The notes beneath the pieces are model-generated. The model was given only the letters and a program-made list of their open reading frames with translations. It was not told the origin of the DNA and made no database searches. 49,762 nucleotides of DNA. It comes from Eubacteriales bacterium (lineage in GTDB: Bacteria > Bacillota > Clostridia > Oscillospirales > JAAYXM01). Location of the stretch: contig JAZRPO010000075.1 in assembly GCA_045649265.1 (NCBI GenBank), positions 1 through 49,762 of the forward strand, read 5' to 3'. Each line of letters opens with the position of its first letter. Positions within the stretch are counted from its first letter, which is position 1. The position numbers and the translations under genes are program-made. This document shows, in pieces, positions 37,707 through 48,337 of the stretch.

Positions 37707-37886
37707 TTAAACTTCTTCTACCTTGACAAGATAAGAAATCTGAGCTATCTTGCCGCGAGTCTGCGCATTGTCAGGCTGCACTGTAACGTTATTGACCTTT
37801 TTAAGGCCAAGCGATTTGGCGGTGGCAATGTGCTTTTCAATTCTGCCAACCAAGCTTTTGGTGAGCGTTATTTTAAGTTGAGACAC
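37707..37886 (-). CDS. rpmD: 50S ribosomal protein L30 (not in the ORF track)
   Basis: GTG start; SQLKITLTKSLVGR...SLGLKK...VKVEEV*, 59 aa, between rpsE and rplO. Confidence 0.95.
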   Translation of the reverse strand: MSQLKITLTKSLVGRIEKHIATAKSLGLKKVNNVTVQPDNAQTRGKIAQISYLVKVEEV

Positions 37887-37907
37887 TACTTTGCCCTCCT
37901 ACTAATC

Positions 37908-38405
37908 CTAAATTTCAGAAACTTCTTTTCCGCGAAGTACTGCAACTTCCTCCGCAACACGAAGAGATTTAAGACCCTCCATGGTAGCAGTTACAACGTT
38001 CTGCGGATTATTGGAACGAAGGCACTTCGTACGAATATCACGAATACCTGCAACCTCTAAAACCGCACGAACAGGACCGCCGGCGATAACGCCGGTACCA
38101 GGAGCTGCCGGCTTAAGAAGCACTTTACCTGCACCAAAGACACCAATGACTTCGTGCGGAATTGTTGTGCCCAAAAGCGCGATTTTTACCAGGTTCTTTT
38201 TTGCGTCCTCAATACCCTTACGGATTGCATCCGGAACTTCAGCTGCTTTGCCAAGTCCGAATCCGACAGTACCCTTGCCGTCACCGACGACTACGAGCGC
38301 TGCAAACTTAAAGATACGACCACCCTTAACGGTTTTCGATACTCGGTTAAGAGATACGACTCTTTCCTGAAACTCATCGTTTCTTTCTTCAAATCTTCCT
38401 GCCAT
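37908..38405 (-). CDS. rpsE: 30S ribosomal protein S5
   Basis: [22 protein letters not shown]. Confidence 0.98.
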   Translation of the reverse strand: MAGRFEERNDEFQERVVSLNRVSKTVKGGRIFKFAALVVVGDGKGTVGFGLGKAAEVPDAIRKGIEDAKKNLVKIALLGTTIPHEVIGVFGAGKVLLKPAAPGTGVIAGGPVRAVLEVAGIRDIRTKCLRSNNPQNVVTATMEGLKSLRVAEEVAVLRGKEVSEI

Positions 38406-38426
38406 AAAAATCTTACCTCCTCCCGA

Positions 38427-38786
38427 TTAAAACTGAAGTCCGCCCTCGCGAGCGCCTTCTGCAAGTTCTTTAACACGTCCGTGGTAAACATAACCGCCAC
38501 GGTCAAAAACTACTTCAGTTATGCCTTTTGCCTTTGCTCTTTCGGCAATCATTGCGCCGACCTTTTTAGCAGCTTCTTTATTGCCGCCGTTGCCCTCAAA
38601 ACCCTTTTCAACAGAGCTTGCTGATACAAGAGTGTTACCTGTTGTATCGTCGATAATCTGAGCATAGATGTTCGACAAGCTACGGAAAACGTTAAGGCGA
38701 GGACGCTCGGCTGTTCCGCTTATCTTCGCGCGAACTCTCTTGTGGCGAATCAAGCGCTTTTTGTTTGAATCAACTTTTGATACCAT
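38427..38786 (-). CDS. rplR: 50S ribosomal protein L18
   Basis: [23 protein letters not shown]. Confidence 0.98.
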   Translation of the reverse strand: MVSKVDSNKKRLIRHKRVRAKISGTAERPRLNVFRSLSNIYAQIIDDTTGNTLVSASSVEKGFEGNGGNKEAAKKVGAMIAERAKAKGITEVVFDRGGYVYHGRVKELAEGAREGGLQF

Positions 38787-38802
38787 TTAAGCGCACCTCT
38801 CT

Positions 38803-39351
38803 TTACTTCTTCTTGCCGCCGGCTTTGCCTTCCTTGCGGCGAATAACCTCATCAACATACTTGATACCCTTGCCCTTGTACGGTTCCGGCGGTCTCTTCT
38901 CGCGGATTTCCGCTGCGATCTGGCCGACAACCTGCTTGTCAGCACCGCTGACAATAATCTTGTTTGGGTTGGGAGCTTCAAGTGTGATTCCCGGGATTTC
39001 GTCAATGAATACCTGATGTGAATAACCGAGATTCATAACGAGCTGCTTACCCTGCTTTGCAACACGGTAACCTACGCCGTTAACATCAAGCTCCTTGCTG
39101 TATCCTTCGGTTACACCTATAACCATATTGTTAATAAGGCTTCTTGTGAGACCGTGGAGGCTTTTATGCTCCTTTGTCTCACTGGGACGCGCAACCTTTA
39201 CCTCACTGCCCTCCACGGTAATAACCATATCTGCGTGCAGATTCTGGGTAAGAGTTCCCTTAGGTCCCTTAACTGTAACTTCATTACCATTACCTACAGT
39301 AACTGTAACTCCTGCAGGAATTGCTATGGGTGATCTTCCTATACGTGACAT
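38803..39351 (-). CDS. rplF: 50S ribosomal protein L6
   Basis: [14 protein letters not shown]. Confidence 0.98.
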   Translation of the reverse strand: MSRIGRSPIAIPAGVTVTVGNGNEVTVKGPKGTLTQNLHADMVITVEGSEVKVARPSETKEHKSLHGLTRSLINNMVIGVTEGYSKELDVNGVGYRVAKQGKQLVMNLGYSHQVFIDEIPGITLEAPNPNKIIVSGADKQVVGQIAAEIREKRPPEPYKGKGIKYVDEVIRRKEGKAGGKKK

Positions 39352-39365
39352 TATTCGGTTCCTCC

Positions 39366-39761
39366 TTACCAGATAAATGCAAGGACTTCACCGCCGATGT
39401 TTGCGGCTCTTGCCTTCTTGTCCGTCATAACGCCCTTGGAAGTTGAAATGATTGCAATGCCGAGTCCTTTGAGAACACGGGGCAAATCCTCAGCTCCGAC
39501 GTAGACGCGAAGTCCGGGCTTGGAGACACGACGAAGACCTTTGATAACCTGCTCTTTATCGTTGTACTTAAGAGTTATCTTAATTGTACCCTGTCCGCCA
39601 TCCGGAATAACTTGATAGTTTTTGATATAGCCTTCGTCGAGAAGAATCTCGGCAATAGCCTTCTTCATGTTAGACGCGGGAACATCAACACTTACATGAC
39701 GCGCCGCGTTAGCATTTCTGATGCGGGTTAACATATCCGCGATAGGATCTGTTATTTGCAT
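39366..39761 (-). CDS. rpsH: 30S ribosomal protein S8
   Basis: [21 protein letters not shown]. Start at ATG 39761 after AAGGAGG. Confidence 0.98.
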   Translation of the reverse strand: MQITDPIADMLTRIRNANAARHVSVDVPASNMKKAIAEILLDEGYIKNYQVIPDGGQGTIKITLKYNDKEQVIKGLRRVSKPGLRVYVGAEDLPRVLKGLGIAIISTSKGVMTDKKARAANIGGEVLAFIW

Positions 39762-39842
39762 TTGTCTTACCTCCTTTAGAGAAGTCAAAATTATAATCCG
39801 AGCTATGTTTTAGCCCTTTATTTGTTTGTGCTGTTTGTTATC

Positions 39843-40028
39843 TTACCAGCTGGCCTTCTTAACGCCCGGAATCTGACCCTTGTATGCAAGCTCTCTAAAG
39901 CAGATACGGCAAATACCGAAATCACGGAGATATGCGTGCGGTCTGCCGCAGATCTTGCATCTGTTGTAATAACGGGTAGAGAATTTGGGCTCATTCTGCT
40001 GTTTAAGAATCATTGCTTTCTTTGCCAT
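39843..40028 (-). CDS. rpsN: 30S ribosomal protein S14 (short Zn-binding type Z)
   Basis: RCKICGRPH...CRICFRE, 61 aa. Confidence 0.98.
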   Translation of the reverse strand: MAKKAMILKQQNEPKFSTRYYNRCKICGRPHAYLRDFGICRICFRELAYKGQIPGVKKASW

Positions 40029-40042
40029 AAGTCCTTACCCTC

Positions 40043-40585
40043 CTAATTCTTGGCGAACGGAGCGCCGATGAGCGAAAGGAGCTCACGTGCTTCTTCGTCT
40101 GTCTTTGCGGTTGTACATATTACTATGTCCATACCGCGGATCTTGTCGATTTTGTCATACTCAATTTCCGGGAAAATGAGCTGCTCTTTCAGACCAAGAG
40201 CATAGTTGCCGCGACCGTCAAATGCATTCGGATTGATACCTCTGAAATCGCGAACACGCGGAAGTGCTACGTTGATAAGTCTGTCAAGGAACTCCCACAT
40301 ACGGTCTGCGCGGAGAGTAACCTTTGCACCTATCGGCATACCTTCACGAACTTTAAAGTTAGCAACTGACTTCCTTGCCTTTGTAACAACCGCCTTTTGA
40401 CCTGTGATTGCAGAAATATCAGCAAGAACAGCATCAAGGACTTTTGCATTGTCACGAGCTTCACCGCAGCCTACGTTGACAATAATCTTGTCAATCTTCG
40501 GAATCTGCATCGGGCTCTTGTAGGAGAATTTCTTCATAAGAGCCGGAGCAACAGAAGCCTTGTATAAATCGTGTAATCTTGACAT
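40043..40585 (-). CDS. rplE: 50S ribosomal protein L5
   Basis: [20 protein letters not shown]. Confidence 0.98.
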   Translation of the reverse strand: MSRLHDLYKASVAPALMKKFSYKSPMQIPKIDKIIVNVGCGEARDNAKVLDAVLADISAITGQKAVVTKARKSVANFKVREGMPIGAKVTLRADRMWEFLDRLINVALPRVRDFRGINPNAFDGRGNYALGLKEQLIFPEIEYDKIDKIRGMDIVICTTAKTDEEARELLSLIGAPFAKN

Positions 40586-40600
40586 CTTACGTCTCCTCTC

Positions 40601-40921
40601 TTATATTGTCTCGCCGCACTTCTTGCAGACAGAGACCTTTGAGCCATCATCAAGGAACTTATGTCCGAGACGTGTTGGCTTATTGCACTTCGGGCAAACA
40701 CGCATAACGTTTGAAACGTCAATTGATGCCTCACGGCGGATAATGCCTGCATCCTTACCGCCACTCTTCTGAGCGCTTACGTGAACGGTAGCCATATTGA
40801 CACCTTCAACAATTACGCGCCCTTTGGTGGGGTTAGCTGACATAACCTTGCCAGACTTGCCCTTATCTTTTCCGGCTAAGACGACTACTGTGTCGCCCTT
40901 CTTAACATTTAAACTATTCAT
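40601..40921 (-). CDS. rplX: 50S ribosomal protein L24
   Basis: KKGDTVVVLAGKDKGK KOW motif. Confidence 0.97.
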   Translation of the reverse strand: MNSLNVKKGDTVVVLAGKDKGKSGKVMSANPTKGRVIVEGVNMATVHVSAQKSGGKDAGIIRREASIDVSNVMRVCPKCNKPTRLGHKFLDDGSKVSVCKKCGETI

Positions 40922-40937
40922 CTTCTGGATTCCTCCA

Positions 40938-41306
40938 TTAAAGGACTTCCGGCGCGAGCGACAAGATCTTCATGTAATCTTTATCACGAAGTTCTCTTGC
41001 GACCGGGCCAAAAATGCGAGTTCCTCTCGGGTTTTTGTCCTCTTTGATAATAACCGCAGCATTCTCGTCAAATCTGATGTATGTGCCGTCTGCACGACGT
41101 ACGCCCTTAGCAGAACGAACGATTACAGCACGGACAACCTCACCCTTCTTGACAACACCGCCGGGATTTGCTTTACGTACGGAAGCTACTATAACATCAC
41201 CGATGTTACCGTATCTGCGCATGGAGCCACCGAGAACGCGAATGCATTTAATCTCTTTAGCACCTGTGTTATCCGCAACCTTGAGTATGGTTTCCTGCTG
41301 TACCAC
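40938..41306 (-). CDS. rplN: 50S ribosomal protein L14
   Basis: [27 protein letters not shown]. Confidence 0.98.
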   Translation of the reverse strand: MVQQETILKVADNTGAKEIKCIRVLGGSMRRYGNIGDVIVASVRKANPGGVVKKGEVVRAVIVRSAKGVRRADGTYIRFDENAAVIIKEDKNPRGTRIFGPVARELRDKDYMKILSLAPEVL

Positions 41307-41320
41307 AGTTCCCTACCTCC

Positions 41321-41578
41321 TTACTGTGCTTTCTCGATTATCTCAACAAAACGCCATCTCTTATCTTTTGAAAGCGGACGTGTCTCCATAATCTTGATTT
41401 TATCGCCTATAGCACACTCGTTTTTCTCATCGTGTACTTTAAGCTTCAATGTTCTTTTAATGATTTTTTTATAGAGCGGATGCTGAACTCTGTCTTCGAT
41501 AGCAACGACACATGTCTTATCCATCTTGTCAGAAACAACTTTTCCTACTCGTGTTTTGCGGAAAGCTCTTTCACTCAT
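41321..41578 (-). CDS. rpsQ: 30S ribosomal protein S17
   Basis: [22 protein letters not shown]. Start moved to ATG 41578. Confidence 0.97.
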   Translation of the reverse strand: MSERAFRKTRVGKVVSDKMDKTCVVAIEDRVQHPLYKKIIKRTLKLKVHDEKNECAIGDKIKIMETRPLSKDKRWRFVEIIEKAQ

Positions 41579-41625
41579 TGCTTTTGCAAACCTCCTCATC
41601 TATACCGCGTGCGCGGCTTTTGAAA

Positions 41626-41820
41626 TTACTGAGAGATTTCCTTCTCACGGATAATCGTGTTTATTCGGGCAATATCTCTCTTCACGGCGACAATTTTGAT
41701 CGGGTTTTCCAGCTGATTTGTAGCGTGCTGGAATCTGAGGTTGAAGAGATCCTTCTTGAGCTCTTCAAGCTTTGTGACCATCTCGTCGCGGGACATATCA
41801 CGTATCTCTTTTGCCTTCAT
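41626..41820 (-). CDS. rpmC: 50S ribosomal protein L29
   Basis: LFNLRFQ..T.QLEN...DIARI.T. Confidence 0.97.
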   Translation of the reverse strand: MKAKEIRDMSRDEMVTKLEELKKDLFNLRFQHATNQLENPIKIVAVKRDIARINTIIREKEISQ

Positions 41821-42254
41821 TAATTGTCACCACCAGTCTCGAGATTATCGTCTTTCTTTACGAACTTACACTTAACAGGGAGCTTGTGTGATGCAAGACG
41901 AAGTGCCTCGCGAGCAAGCTCCTCAGAAACTCCGCCGATTTCGAACATTACGCGGCCCGGCTTAACAACGGCTACCCAATATTCAGGTGAACCTTTACCG
42001 GAACCCATTCGTGTTTCAGCAGGCTTCTCTGTAACAGGCTTATCAGGAAAAATCTTGATCCAGACCTGTCCGCCACGCTTAATATAACGTGTCATAGCGA
42101 TACGGGCGGCCTCTATCTGATTGCTTTTGATCCATGCCGGCTCAGTAGCCATCAAGCCATACTCACCATATGATACTGTGTTTCCGCGAGTAGCCTTGCC
42201 CTTTACACGGCCGCGGTGTACTCTGCGGTATTTAACTCTCTTAGGCAGTAGCAT
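41820..42254 (-). CDS. rplP: 50S ribosomal protein L16
   Basis: [17 protein letters not shown]. Confidence 0.98.
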   Translation of the reverse strand: MLLPKRVKYRRVHRGRVKGKATRGNTVSYGEYGLMATEPAWIKSNQIEAARIAMTRYIKRGGQVWIKIFPDKPVTEKPAETRMGSGKGSPEYWVAVVKPGRVMFEIGGVSEELAREALRLASHKLPVKCKFVKKDDNLETGGDN

Positions 42255-43051
42255 TACTTGCCGCCTCCTTCCCTACGAGGAGCACTTCCGCGCTCTGACG
42301 GAGCACGACCTTCTCTGCGCTGGCCGTTTGCCGGACGGCGGTCGCCATTGCGACGCTCGCGGCGTTCACGGCGCTCTTCTTGCGGCTTCGGAATCTCGAT
42401 TGTTCTCGGTCCGCGCTCACCTGTGCGGAGAATTTCGCCCTTATATACCCATACCTTTACGCCGATACGACCGTATGTTGTCTTTGCTTCCGCAAAGCCA
42501 TAGTCAATGTCTGCGCGAAGTGTCTGAAGCGGAATCATACCCTCATGATAATGTTCTGTTCTTGCGATTTCAGCTCCGCCCAAGCGGCCTGAAACTGCAA
42601 TCTTTATACCCTTTGCACCCATGCGCATTGCGCGGCCCATTGACTGCTTCATCGCACGGCGGAAAGAGATTCTCTTCTCAAGCTGCTCTGCAATGTTCTC
42701 AGCTACGAGCTGTGCATTGACATCAGGGTTCTTTATCTCAATAATATTGAGTGCTACCGGCTTTCCGATCAACTGCTCAACTGAGAGACGAAGCTTCTCA
42801 ATTTCAGAACCACCGCGACCGATTACGATGCCGGGGCTCTTGCAGTGAATCATGATTCTGACCTTCTTGCTGTCACGCTCAATCTCTATGCAGGGAACTC
42901 CTGCTTTGTAGAGTAAATTTTTGAGATATTCACGAATCTTGTAGTCTTCCACGATGAGATCGCCGACTTTTTCGTCGCGAGCATACCAACGGGAATCCCA
43001 GTTCTTTATAACGCCCACACGAAGACCGTGGGGATTTACTTTCTGTCCCAT
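42254..43051 (-). CDS. rpsC: 30S ribosomal protein S3 (Arg-rich C-terminal tail)
   Basis: [33 protein letters not shown]. Confidence 0.98.
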   Translation of the reverse strand: MGQKVNPHGLRVGVIKNWDSRWYARDEKVGDLIVEDYKIREYLKNLLYKAGVPCIEIERDSKKVRIMIHCKSPGIVIGRGGSEIEKLRLSVEQLIGKPVALNIIEIKNPDVNAQLVAENIAEQLEKRISFRRAMKQSMGRAMRMGAKGIKIAVSGRLGGAEIARTEHYHEGMIPLQTLRADIDYGFAEAKTTYGRIGVKVWVYKGEILRTGERGPRTIEIPKPQEERRERRERRNGDRRPANGQRREGRAPSERGSAPRREGGGK

Positions 43052-43067
43052 AAACTTACCTCCTGAC

Positions 43068-43406
43068 CTAATCCTTCTCAGCCACAGCTAATGTAATGTG
43101 AGAGGTTCTCTTGTTAATTCTGAAAGCTCTGCCCTGCGCACGCGGCATAATTCTCTTAAGAATCGGGCCGGGACATGCAAAGATTTTTGAAACGTAGAGA
43201 TTCTCAACGTTCATGCTGTGATTGGCTTCCGCATTGGAAACTGCGCTCTTAAGGAGCTTCAAGATCGGCTCGGAAGCGGCTTTGGGCGTATGTGCCAAAA
43301 TCGCGTTGGCTTCCGCTATGCTCTTTCCTCGGATAAGATCAGCAACTATCTTGACCTTTCTCGGGGAAATGCGGACATAGCGTAAAATTGCTGTTGCTTC
43401 CATCAC
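43068..43406 (-). CDS. rplV: 50S ribosomal protein L22
   Basis: RISPRK, PRAQGRA..I.KRTSHI. Confidence 0.98.
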   Translation of the reverse strand: MMEATAILRYVRISPRKVKIVADLIRGKSIAEANAILAHTPKAASEPILKLLKSAVSNAEANHSMNVENLYVSKIFACPGPILKRIMPRAQGRAFRINKRTSHITLAVAEKD

Positions 43407-43420
43407 TGATTCCTCCTGTC

Positions 43421-43699
43421 TTACTTCGTGTTCGAGGTCTTGCTGCCGGAGTGACCCTTGAACGTTCTAGTCGGAGCAAATTCTCCGAGCTTATGACCGA
43501 CCATATCCTCCGTGACATAGACCGGAACATGCTTTCTGCCATCATGTACGGCAAATGTATGACCGACAAACTGCGGGAAGATTGTTGACGCTCTTGACCA
43601 TGTCTTAAGAACGTTCTTCTCGCCCTTCTCGTTCATTTCAAGTACCCTCTTCATCAATTCGGGGGCAACGAAGGGGCCTTTTTTTGTACTTCTGCTCAT
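43421..43699 (-). CDS. rpsS: 30S ribosomal protein S19
   Basis: [23 protein letters not shown]. Confidence 0.98.
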   Translation of the reverse strand: MSRSTKKGPFVAPELMKRVLEMNEKGEKNVLKTWSRASTIFPQFVGHTFAVHDGRKHVPVYVTEDMVGHKLGEFAPTRTFKGHSGSKTSNTK

Positions 43700-43712
43700 T
43701 TATTTAGCCTCC

Positions 43713-44546
43713 TTACTTTGCGTCGCGACGCTTTACGATGAACTTATTGGACAAGTTCTTCTTCTTTCGGGTCTTATAACCGAGAGTCGGCTTACCCCAC
43801 GGGGTAACAGGACCCGGACGTCCGATCGGGCTCTTGCCTTCACCACCACCGTGCGGGTGGTCACAAGGGTTCATAACAGAACCGCGTACTGTCGGGCGGA
43901 TACCCATATGACGCTTACGACCTGCCTTACCGATATGAACATTTTCATGATCAAGATTTGATACCTGACCGATTGTAGCCATACAGTTGAGACGGAACTT
44001 GCGAAGCTCTCCTGACGGAAGTCTTACGAGGGCCATTCCATCTTCCTTTGCCATGAGCTGTGCTGCGTTGCCTGCGCCACGAACGAACTGTGCGCCACGC
44101 CCCGGATTAAGCTCGATGTTGTGGATGACTGTACCTACCGGAATGTTGATTATCGGAAGTGCGTTACCCGGCTTAATATCAGCCTCTGCACTTGAAATAA
44201 TCGTATCACCGACCTTTAAGTCATGCGGCGCGATGATGTAGCGCTTCTCTCCATCCTCATAACGAACGAGGGCGATGAATGCGCCACGGTTCGGGTCATA
44301 CTCAAGAGTAAGAACCTCTGCTGGAATATCCATCTTATCACGCTTGAAGTCTATAATTCTGTACTTGCGCTTGGCGCCGCCGCCGCGATGACGAACGGTG
44401 ATTCTGCCGTAGCTATTACGACCGGAGTTCTTGCTGAGATTTTCGAGCAAGCTCTTTTCCGGCTTAACGTTACTTAAAACCTGATAGTCAGTAACGGTCA
44501 TATTACGTCTTGACGGAGTCGTCGGTTTAAACGTTTTTATAGCCAT
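43713..44546 (-). CDS. rplB: 50S ribosomal protein L2
   Basis: [19 protein letters not shown]. Confidence 0.98.
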   Translation of the reverse strand: MAIKTFKPTTPSRRNMTVTDYQVLSNVKPEKSLLENLSKNSGRNSYGRITVRHRGGGAKRKYRIIDFKRDKMDIPAEVLTLEYDPNRGAFIALVRYEDGEKRYIIAPHDLKVGDTIISSAEADIKPGNALPIINIPVGTVIHNIELNPGRGAQFVRGAGNAAQLMAKEDGMALVRLPSGELRKFRLNCMATIGQVSNLDHENVHIGKAGRKRHMGIRPTVRGSVMNPCDHPHGGGEGKSPIGRPGPVTPWGKPTLGYKTRKKKNLSNKFIVKRRDAK

Positions 44547-44600
44547 TATACTTTTCCTCCTTTAAATGGTGTTGGGTGTCAATCTGCATTCAGGCAGCTT

Positions 44601-44894
44601 TTACACCATTCCCTCAAAGAACTCAATCGTCTTGCTGTCAGCTTTGAGCGTAACGATTGCTTTCTTGTAATCGGGGCGGAAGCCGACATGTGCTCCCATT
44701 CTCTTTTCCTTACCGAGAACATTGATTGTATTAACCTTTGCAACGGAAACATTGAATATTTCTTCGATTGCACGGCGGATTTCAATCTTGTTCGCAGCAT
44801 TGTCAACCTCAAAGACGTAAACCTTATCGGCGACGCGTTCCATCGACTGCTCAGTGATTATCGGACGCTTTATGATATCATAAGGTGATTTCAT
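44601..44894 (-). CDS. rplW: 50S ribosomal protein L23
   Basis: RPIITE, ANKIEI, KKAIVTL. Confidence 0.97.
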   Translation of the reverse strand: MKSPYDIIKRPIITEQSMERVADKVYVFEVDNAANKIEIRRAIEEIFNVSVAKVNTINVLGKEKRMGAHVGFRPDYKKAIVTLKADSKTIEFFEGMV

Positions 44895-45514
44895 TATGCG
44901 AACACCTCCTGAATCTTTTCTACTGCTGACTTGTCAACAATGAACTTGTCATGGTTGAGAATGTCATATACATTGATGATTGTAGCTGTTGTTGTCTTAA
45001 CTCCCGGAATGTTGCGAGCGCTCTTAACAACGTTCTCACAAACCTCAGGTGTAACAACAAGAGCCTTCTTAGCCTCAAGTGCATTAAGGAATGCAACCAT
45101 CGACTTTGTCTTAACCTCTGAAAGGTTAAGGTTATCAATAACTAAAATTTCGCCTGCTGCCGCTTTTGCGGAAAGCGCGCTCTTAAGAGCAAGACGGCGA
45201 TATTTCTTATTGAGACGGTAGGAATAATCACGCGGCTTCGGGCCGAGTGCAATTCCGCCGTGTGTCCACTGCGGAGAACGGATGGAGCCCTGACGAGCGC
45301 GACCTGTTCCCTTCTGGCGCCACGGCTTCTTGCCGCCACCACGAACCTCAGCACGAGTAAGAGTACTCTGCGTGCCCTGTCTGCAGTTGGCGAGGTGGTT
45401 CTTGACCGCCTCAAACATAGCAACCTTATCAGGCTCTATGCCGAACACAGCATCGGAAAGCTCAAACTCTCCTATCGCCTTACCGGTCATATCATAAACT
45501 GTTGCCTTAGGCAT
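44894..45514 (-). CDS. rplD: 50S ribosomal protein L4
   Basis: [25 protein letters not shown]. Confidence 0.98.
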   Translation of the reverse strand: MPKATVYDMTGKAIGEFELSDAVFGIEPDKVAMFEAVKNHLANCRQGTQSTLTRAEVRGGGKKPWRQKGTGRARQGSIRSPQWTHGGIALGPKPRDYSYRLNKKYRRLALKSALSAKAAAGEILVIDNLNLSEVKTKSMVAFLNALEAKKALVVTPEVCENVVKSARNIPGVKTTTATIINVYDILNHDKFIVDKSAVEKIQEVFA

Positions 45515-45534
45515 AGCTTTCTAACTCCTTTCGC

Positions 45535-46167
45535 TTAGACGTTCTTGACAGCGTCGCGAATAAACACAAATCCACCACGAGGACCGGGGATTGCGCCGCG
45601 GACTGCAATCATATTTGTTTCGGCATCAACCTTGACAATGTCGAGGTTCTGAACCGTTACCTGCTCAGCGCCCATGCGCCCCGGGAGCTTTGTTCCCGGC
45701 ATAACCCTTGACGGGTCAGTGTTTGCACCCATGGAACCTGCGCTGCGGTGAACAGGACCAACACCGTGTGTATGGTTCTGCATGTGCTGGCCAAAACGCT
45801 TGACCGTACCAGCTGTGCCCTTACCTTTGCTTACGCCTGTGACGTCAACAACATCACCTTCAGCGAAAACATCAGCGCGGATAACGTCGCCTACGTTGAG
45901 CTCTGTGCCTTCAAGCTTGAACTCTTTGAGTACTCGCTTTGCGGAAACGCCTGCCTTTTTGAGATGGCCTGCTTCCGGCTTTGTGAGTTTCTTCTCAGCA
46001 ATGTCATCATACCCAAGCTGAACAGCTTCATAACCGTCTTTTTCAACAGTCTTCTTCTGAACAACGGTACACGGACCTGCTTCAATGACTGTGACAGGAA
46101 TAACCCTGCCTGCATCGTCGAAAATCTGAGTCATGCCGACTTTTCTTCCGATGATTGCCTTTTGCAT
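45535..46167 (-). CDS. rplC: 50S ribosomal protein L3
   Basis: GRKVGMTQIF, DGYEAVQLG, SKGKG, GAIPG. Confidence 0.98.
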   Translation of the reverse strand: MQKAIIGRKVGMTQIFDDAGRVIPVTVIEAGPCTVVQKKTVEKDGYEAVQLGYDDIAEKKLTKPEAGHLKKAGVSAKRVLKEFKLEGTELNVGDVIRADVFAEGDVVDVTGVSKGKGTAGTVKRFGQHMQNHTHGVGPVHRSAGSMGANTDPSRVMPGTKLPGRMGAEQVTVQNLDIVKVDAETNMIAVRGAIPGPRGGFVFIRDAVKNV

Positions 46168-46278
46168 ATATTTTCCTCCTTTAAGGTTATTGGTTGGCTC
46201 ATAGCCAACTTGACCCGCCCTTTTGTTTGCAAACGCCCCTTCCGTTGCACCTTAAAGAGCTATGGTACATTTTCTGTT

Positions 46279-46596
46279 TTACAGTTTGATTTCGATTTCA
46301 ACACCGGCCGGAAGGTCGAGTGACATAAGAGCCTTAACAGCCTCAGCAGACGGCTTTAAAATATCAATCAAACGCTTGTGTGTGCGGCGCTCGAACTGCT
46401 CACGGCTGTCCTTATATTTGTGCACCGCGCGAAGAATTGTGATAACTTCCTTAGAAGTCGGGAGCGGAATCGGACCTGAAACCTTTGCGCCGTTGCGCTT
46501 TGCGGTCTCAACGATACGCTCTGCCGCCTGGTCAATGAGCTGATGGTCATAGGCCTTAAGACGGACACGAATCATTTCCTTAGAAATAGCTGCCAT
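46279..46596 (-). CDS. rpsJ: 30S ribosomal protein S10
   Basis: [23 protein letters not shown]. Start at ATG 46596 after AAGGAGG. Confidence 0.98.
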   Translation of the reverse strand: MAAISKEMIRVRLKAYDHQLIDQAAERIVETAKRNGAKVSGPIPLPTSKEVITILRAVHKYKDSREQFERRTHKRLIDILKPSAEAVKALMSLDLPAGVEIEIKL

Positions 46597-46862
46597 TGTT
46601 TTTTCCTCCTTAAAAACGCACGTAGTTTTTTCTGCGTGCGGCGGAAATCCTGCACAACTCATCCGCGTGTTTCATACGCAGACATTTTAAAAACCGGATT
46701 GGTATTTAGGGGATTCCACCAATTCCGGCAGTCGCTTTTGCGCATCAGCAAAAGCCTTTTGCACATTCTTCCCTGCCGCCCGATTGTCGGACATACTCCA
46801 CAGAAGTTACCTGCTTACGCAGCAATCTCCTGTTTCATCGCATAGTGCGCCCATACAGACGC
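46597..46862 (-). promoter_or_regulatory. Structured 5' leader of the S10 operon; the core at 46790-46839 resembles the S10-Clostridia r-leader
   Basis: About 265 nt between promoter and rpsJ. GAUGAAACAGGAGAUUGC...AACUUCUGUGGAGUAUGUC core plus further hairpins. The family resemblance is from memory. Confidence 0.6.
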
Positions 46863-46868
46863 TCTTAT

Positions 46869-46897
46869 ATTTTACAGTAAGAATCGCTCAATGTCAA
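46869..46897 (-). promoter_or_regulatory. SigA promoter of the S10-spc-alpha cluster
   Basis: TTGACA-17-TAAAAT, with an A-rich UP-like region upstream. Confidence 0.85.
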
Positions 46898-46928
46898 GCA
46901 TTTTTTTGGCTTTTTTGAAAATTTTTTC

Positions 46929-46955
46929 GCCCGCCGAAAATATCTTCCGGCGGGC
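46929..46955 (-). terminator. GC-rich hairpin after obgE (no immediate U tract, possibly leaky)
   Basis: GCCCGCCGGAAG-AUA-UUUUCGGCGGGC in minus-strand RNA. Confidence 0.5.
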
Positions 46956-46964
46956 TTTATTTCA

Positions 46965-48236
46965 CTATTTAATGTAATCAAATTCCATTGTGTAAATTAT
47001 TATCGTGTCGCCCTCTTTTGCGCCGCGCTCTTCAAGCGCATCATAGACACCGTATTTACGGAGGAGACGCTCGAAATAAATGCGCGATTCATAGTCATCG
47101 AAATTCACAGAGCCCATTGCTCTTTTTATCCAATTGCCCTCTACCATGTAAACATCGCCGTCAAGACGCGAGATTGTAAAGTCATGATTTGACATATCCT
47201 CTTCCTTACGGATGAAGGTTGGCGTATAAAGCTCTATTGGAGGAAGCTTCGAAAGAATCTCGGCAACCTTTTTCATAAGCTCTGAAATTCCGGTGTTGGT
47301 CGCTGCTGAAATCTCGAAATACTCAAAACCGAGGTTTCGGATATAGTTTTTGAACTCATCTGCCTTTCCCCTGTCATATATCAGGTCACTTTTGTTGGCC
47401 GCAACTATCTGGGGACGCCTTGCGAGAAGCGGATTATATCTTTCAAGCTCTTCGTTTATTGCTTCAAAGTCGGCAATCGGGTCTCTGCCCTCACTGCCCG
47501 AAACGTCAACCATATGAACTATAAGGCGGCATCTGTCGATATGGCGCAGGAAACGGTGGCCAAGACCAGCACCCTCGCTTGCACCCTCGATTATCCCGGG
47601 GATATCTGCCATTACATATGAAAAGCTCTCATCCACACGGACAACACCGAGATTTGGAGTAATGGTGGTAAAGTGGTAATTCGCAATTTTCGGACGCGCC
47701 GCGGAAACCATAGACAGGAGGGTTGACTTTCCGACATTGGGAAAACCTGCAAGCCCGACATCTGCAAGAAGTTTAAGTTCAAGCCGGACTTCAAGCTCTT
47801 CGCCGTCAAGGCCCGGGCGAGCAAATCTGGGAGCCTGGCGAGTCGGGGTTGCGAAATGTTGGTTACCCCAACCTCCTCTGCCTCCTTTACATATTATAAA
47901 TGGCTCGTCATCCGACATATCCTTTACGAGCGCACCGCTTTCGGCATCATAAACCAGCGTGCCCCTTGGCACGCGGACAATAATATCCTTTCCACGTTTT
48001 CCAGAGCAACGTTTGCCGCTTCCGTTAAAGCCGTTTTCTGCTTTGTATTTTGTTTTATAGCGAAACTCAACAAGCGTTGACATATTGTCGTCAACCTTCA
48101 ATACAACGTTTCCGCCATCTCCGCCGTCTCCGCCGTCAGGCCCGCCTGCCGCAATATATTTTTCTCTGTGAAAAGCAACGGCACCGTCCCCACCACGACC
48201 TGCGATAAACCTCGCATTTGCTATATCGACAAACAT
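46965..48236 (-). CDS. obgE: GTPase ObgE/CgtA
   Basis: Gly-rich Obg domain, GFPNVGKST, YHFTT, DIPG, NKSD, Firmicutes-type C-terminal domain. Confidence 0.97.
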   Translation of the reverse strand: MFVDIANARFIAGRGGDGAVAFHREKYIAAGGPDGGDGGDGGNVVLKVDDNMSTLVEFRYKTKYKAENGFNGSGKRCSGKRGKDIIVRVPRGTLVYDAESGALVKDMSDDEPFIICKGGRGGWGNQHFATPTRQAPRFARPGLDGEELEVRLELKLLADVGLAGFPNVGKSTLLSMVSAARPKIANYHFTTITPNLGVVRVDESFSYVMADIPGIIEGASEGAGLGHRFLRHIDRCRLIVHMVDVSGSEGRDPIADFEAINEELERYNPLLARRPQIVAANKSDLIYDRGKADEFKNYIRNLGFEYFEISAATNTGISELMKKVAEILSKLPPIELYTPTFIRKEEDMSNHDFTISRLDGDVYMVEGNWIKRAMGSVNFDDYESRIYFERLLRKYGVYDALEERGAKEGDTIIIYTMEFDYIK

Positions 48237-48293
48237 CTTTCTCGCACCTCGAAATTTACATATTATATATAATGTATGTTTTTAAGTTAAACA

Positions 48294-48326
48294 ATACGGG
48301 CAGGTCGCAAAACAACCTGCCCGCAC
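48294..48326 (-). terminator. Terminator after rpmA
   Basis: GUGCGGGCAGGUUGU-UUU-GCGACCUGCCCGUAU followed by UGUUU. Confidence 0.7.
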
Positions 48327-48337
48327 AAATTTGTTTC

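Noticed and set aside
37899-37910. Amber recoding or pyrrolysine readthrough at the end of rpsE
   Set aside because: TAG ends several conserved genes at their expected positions, and I saw no in-frame TAG inside conserved genes.
42254-42420. Arg-rich low-complexity tail of S3, rpsD inside the alpha operon, and the L27 N-terminal extension
   Set aside because: All are known, common features of clostridial ribosomal gene clusters.
46929-46962. The hairpin after obgE as a terminator of an antisense transcript (T tract on the plus strand)
   Set aside because: The inner stem extends through G-U pairs only in minus-strand RNA, which fits the obgE mRNA. No plus-strand promoter was identified.
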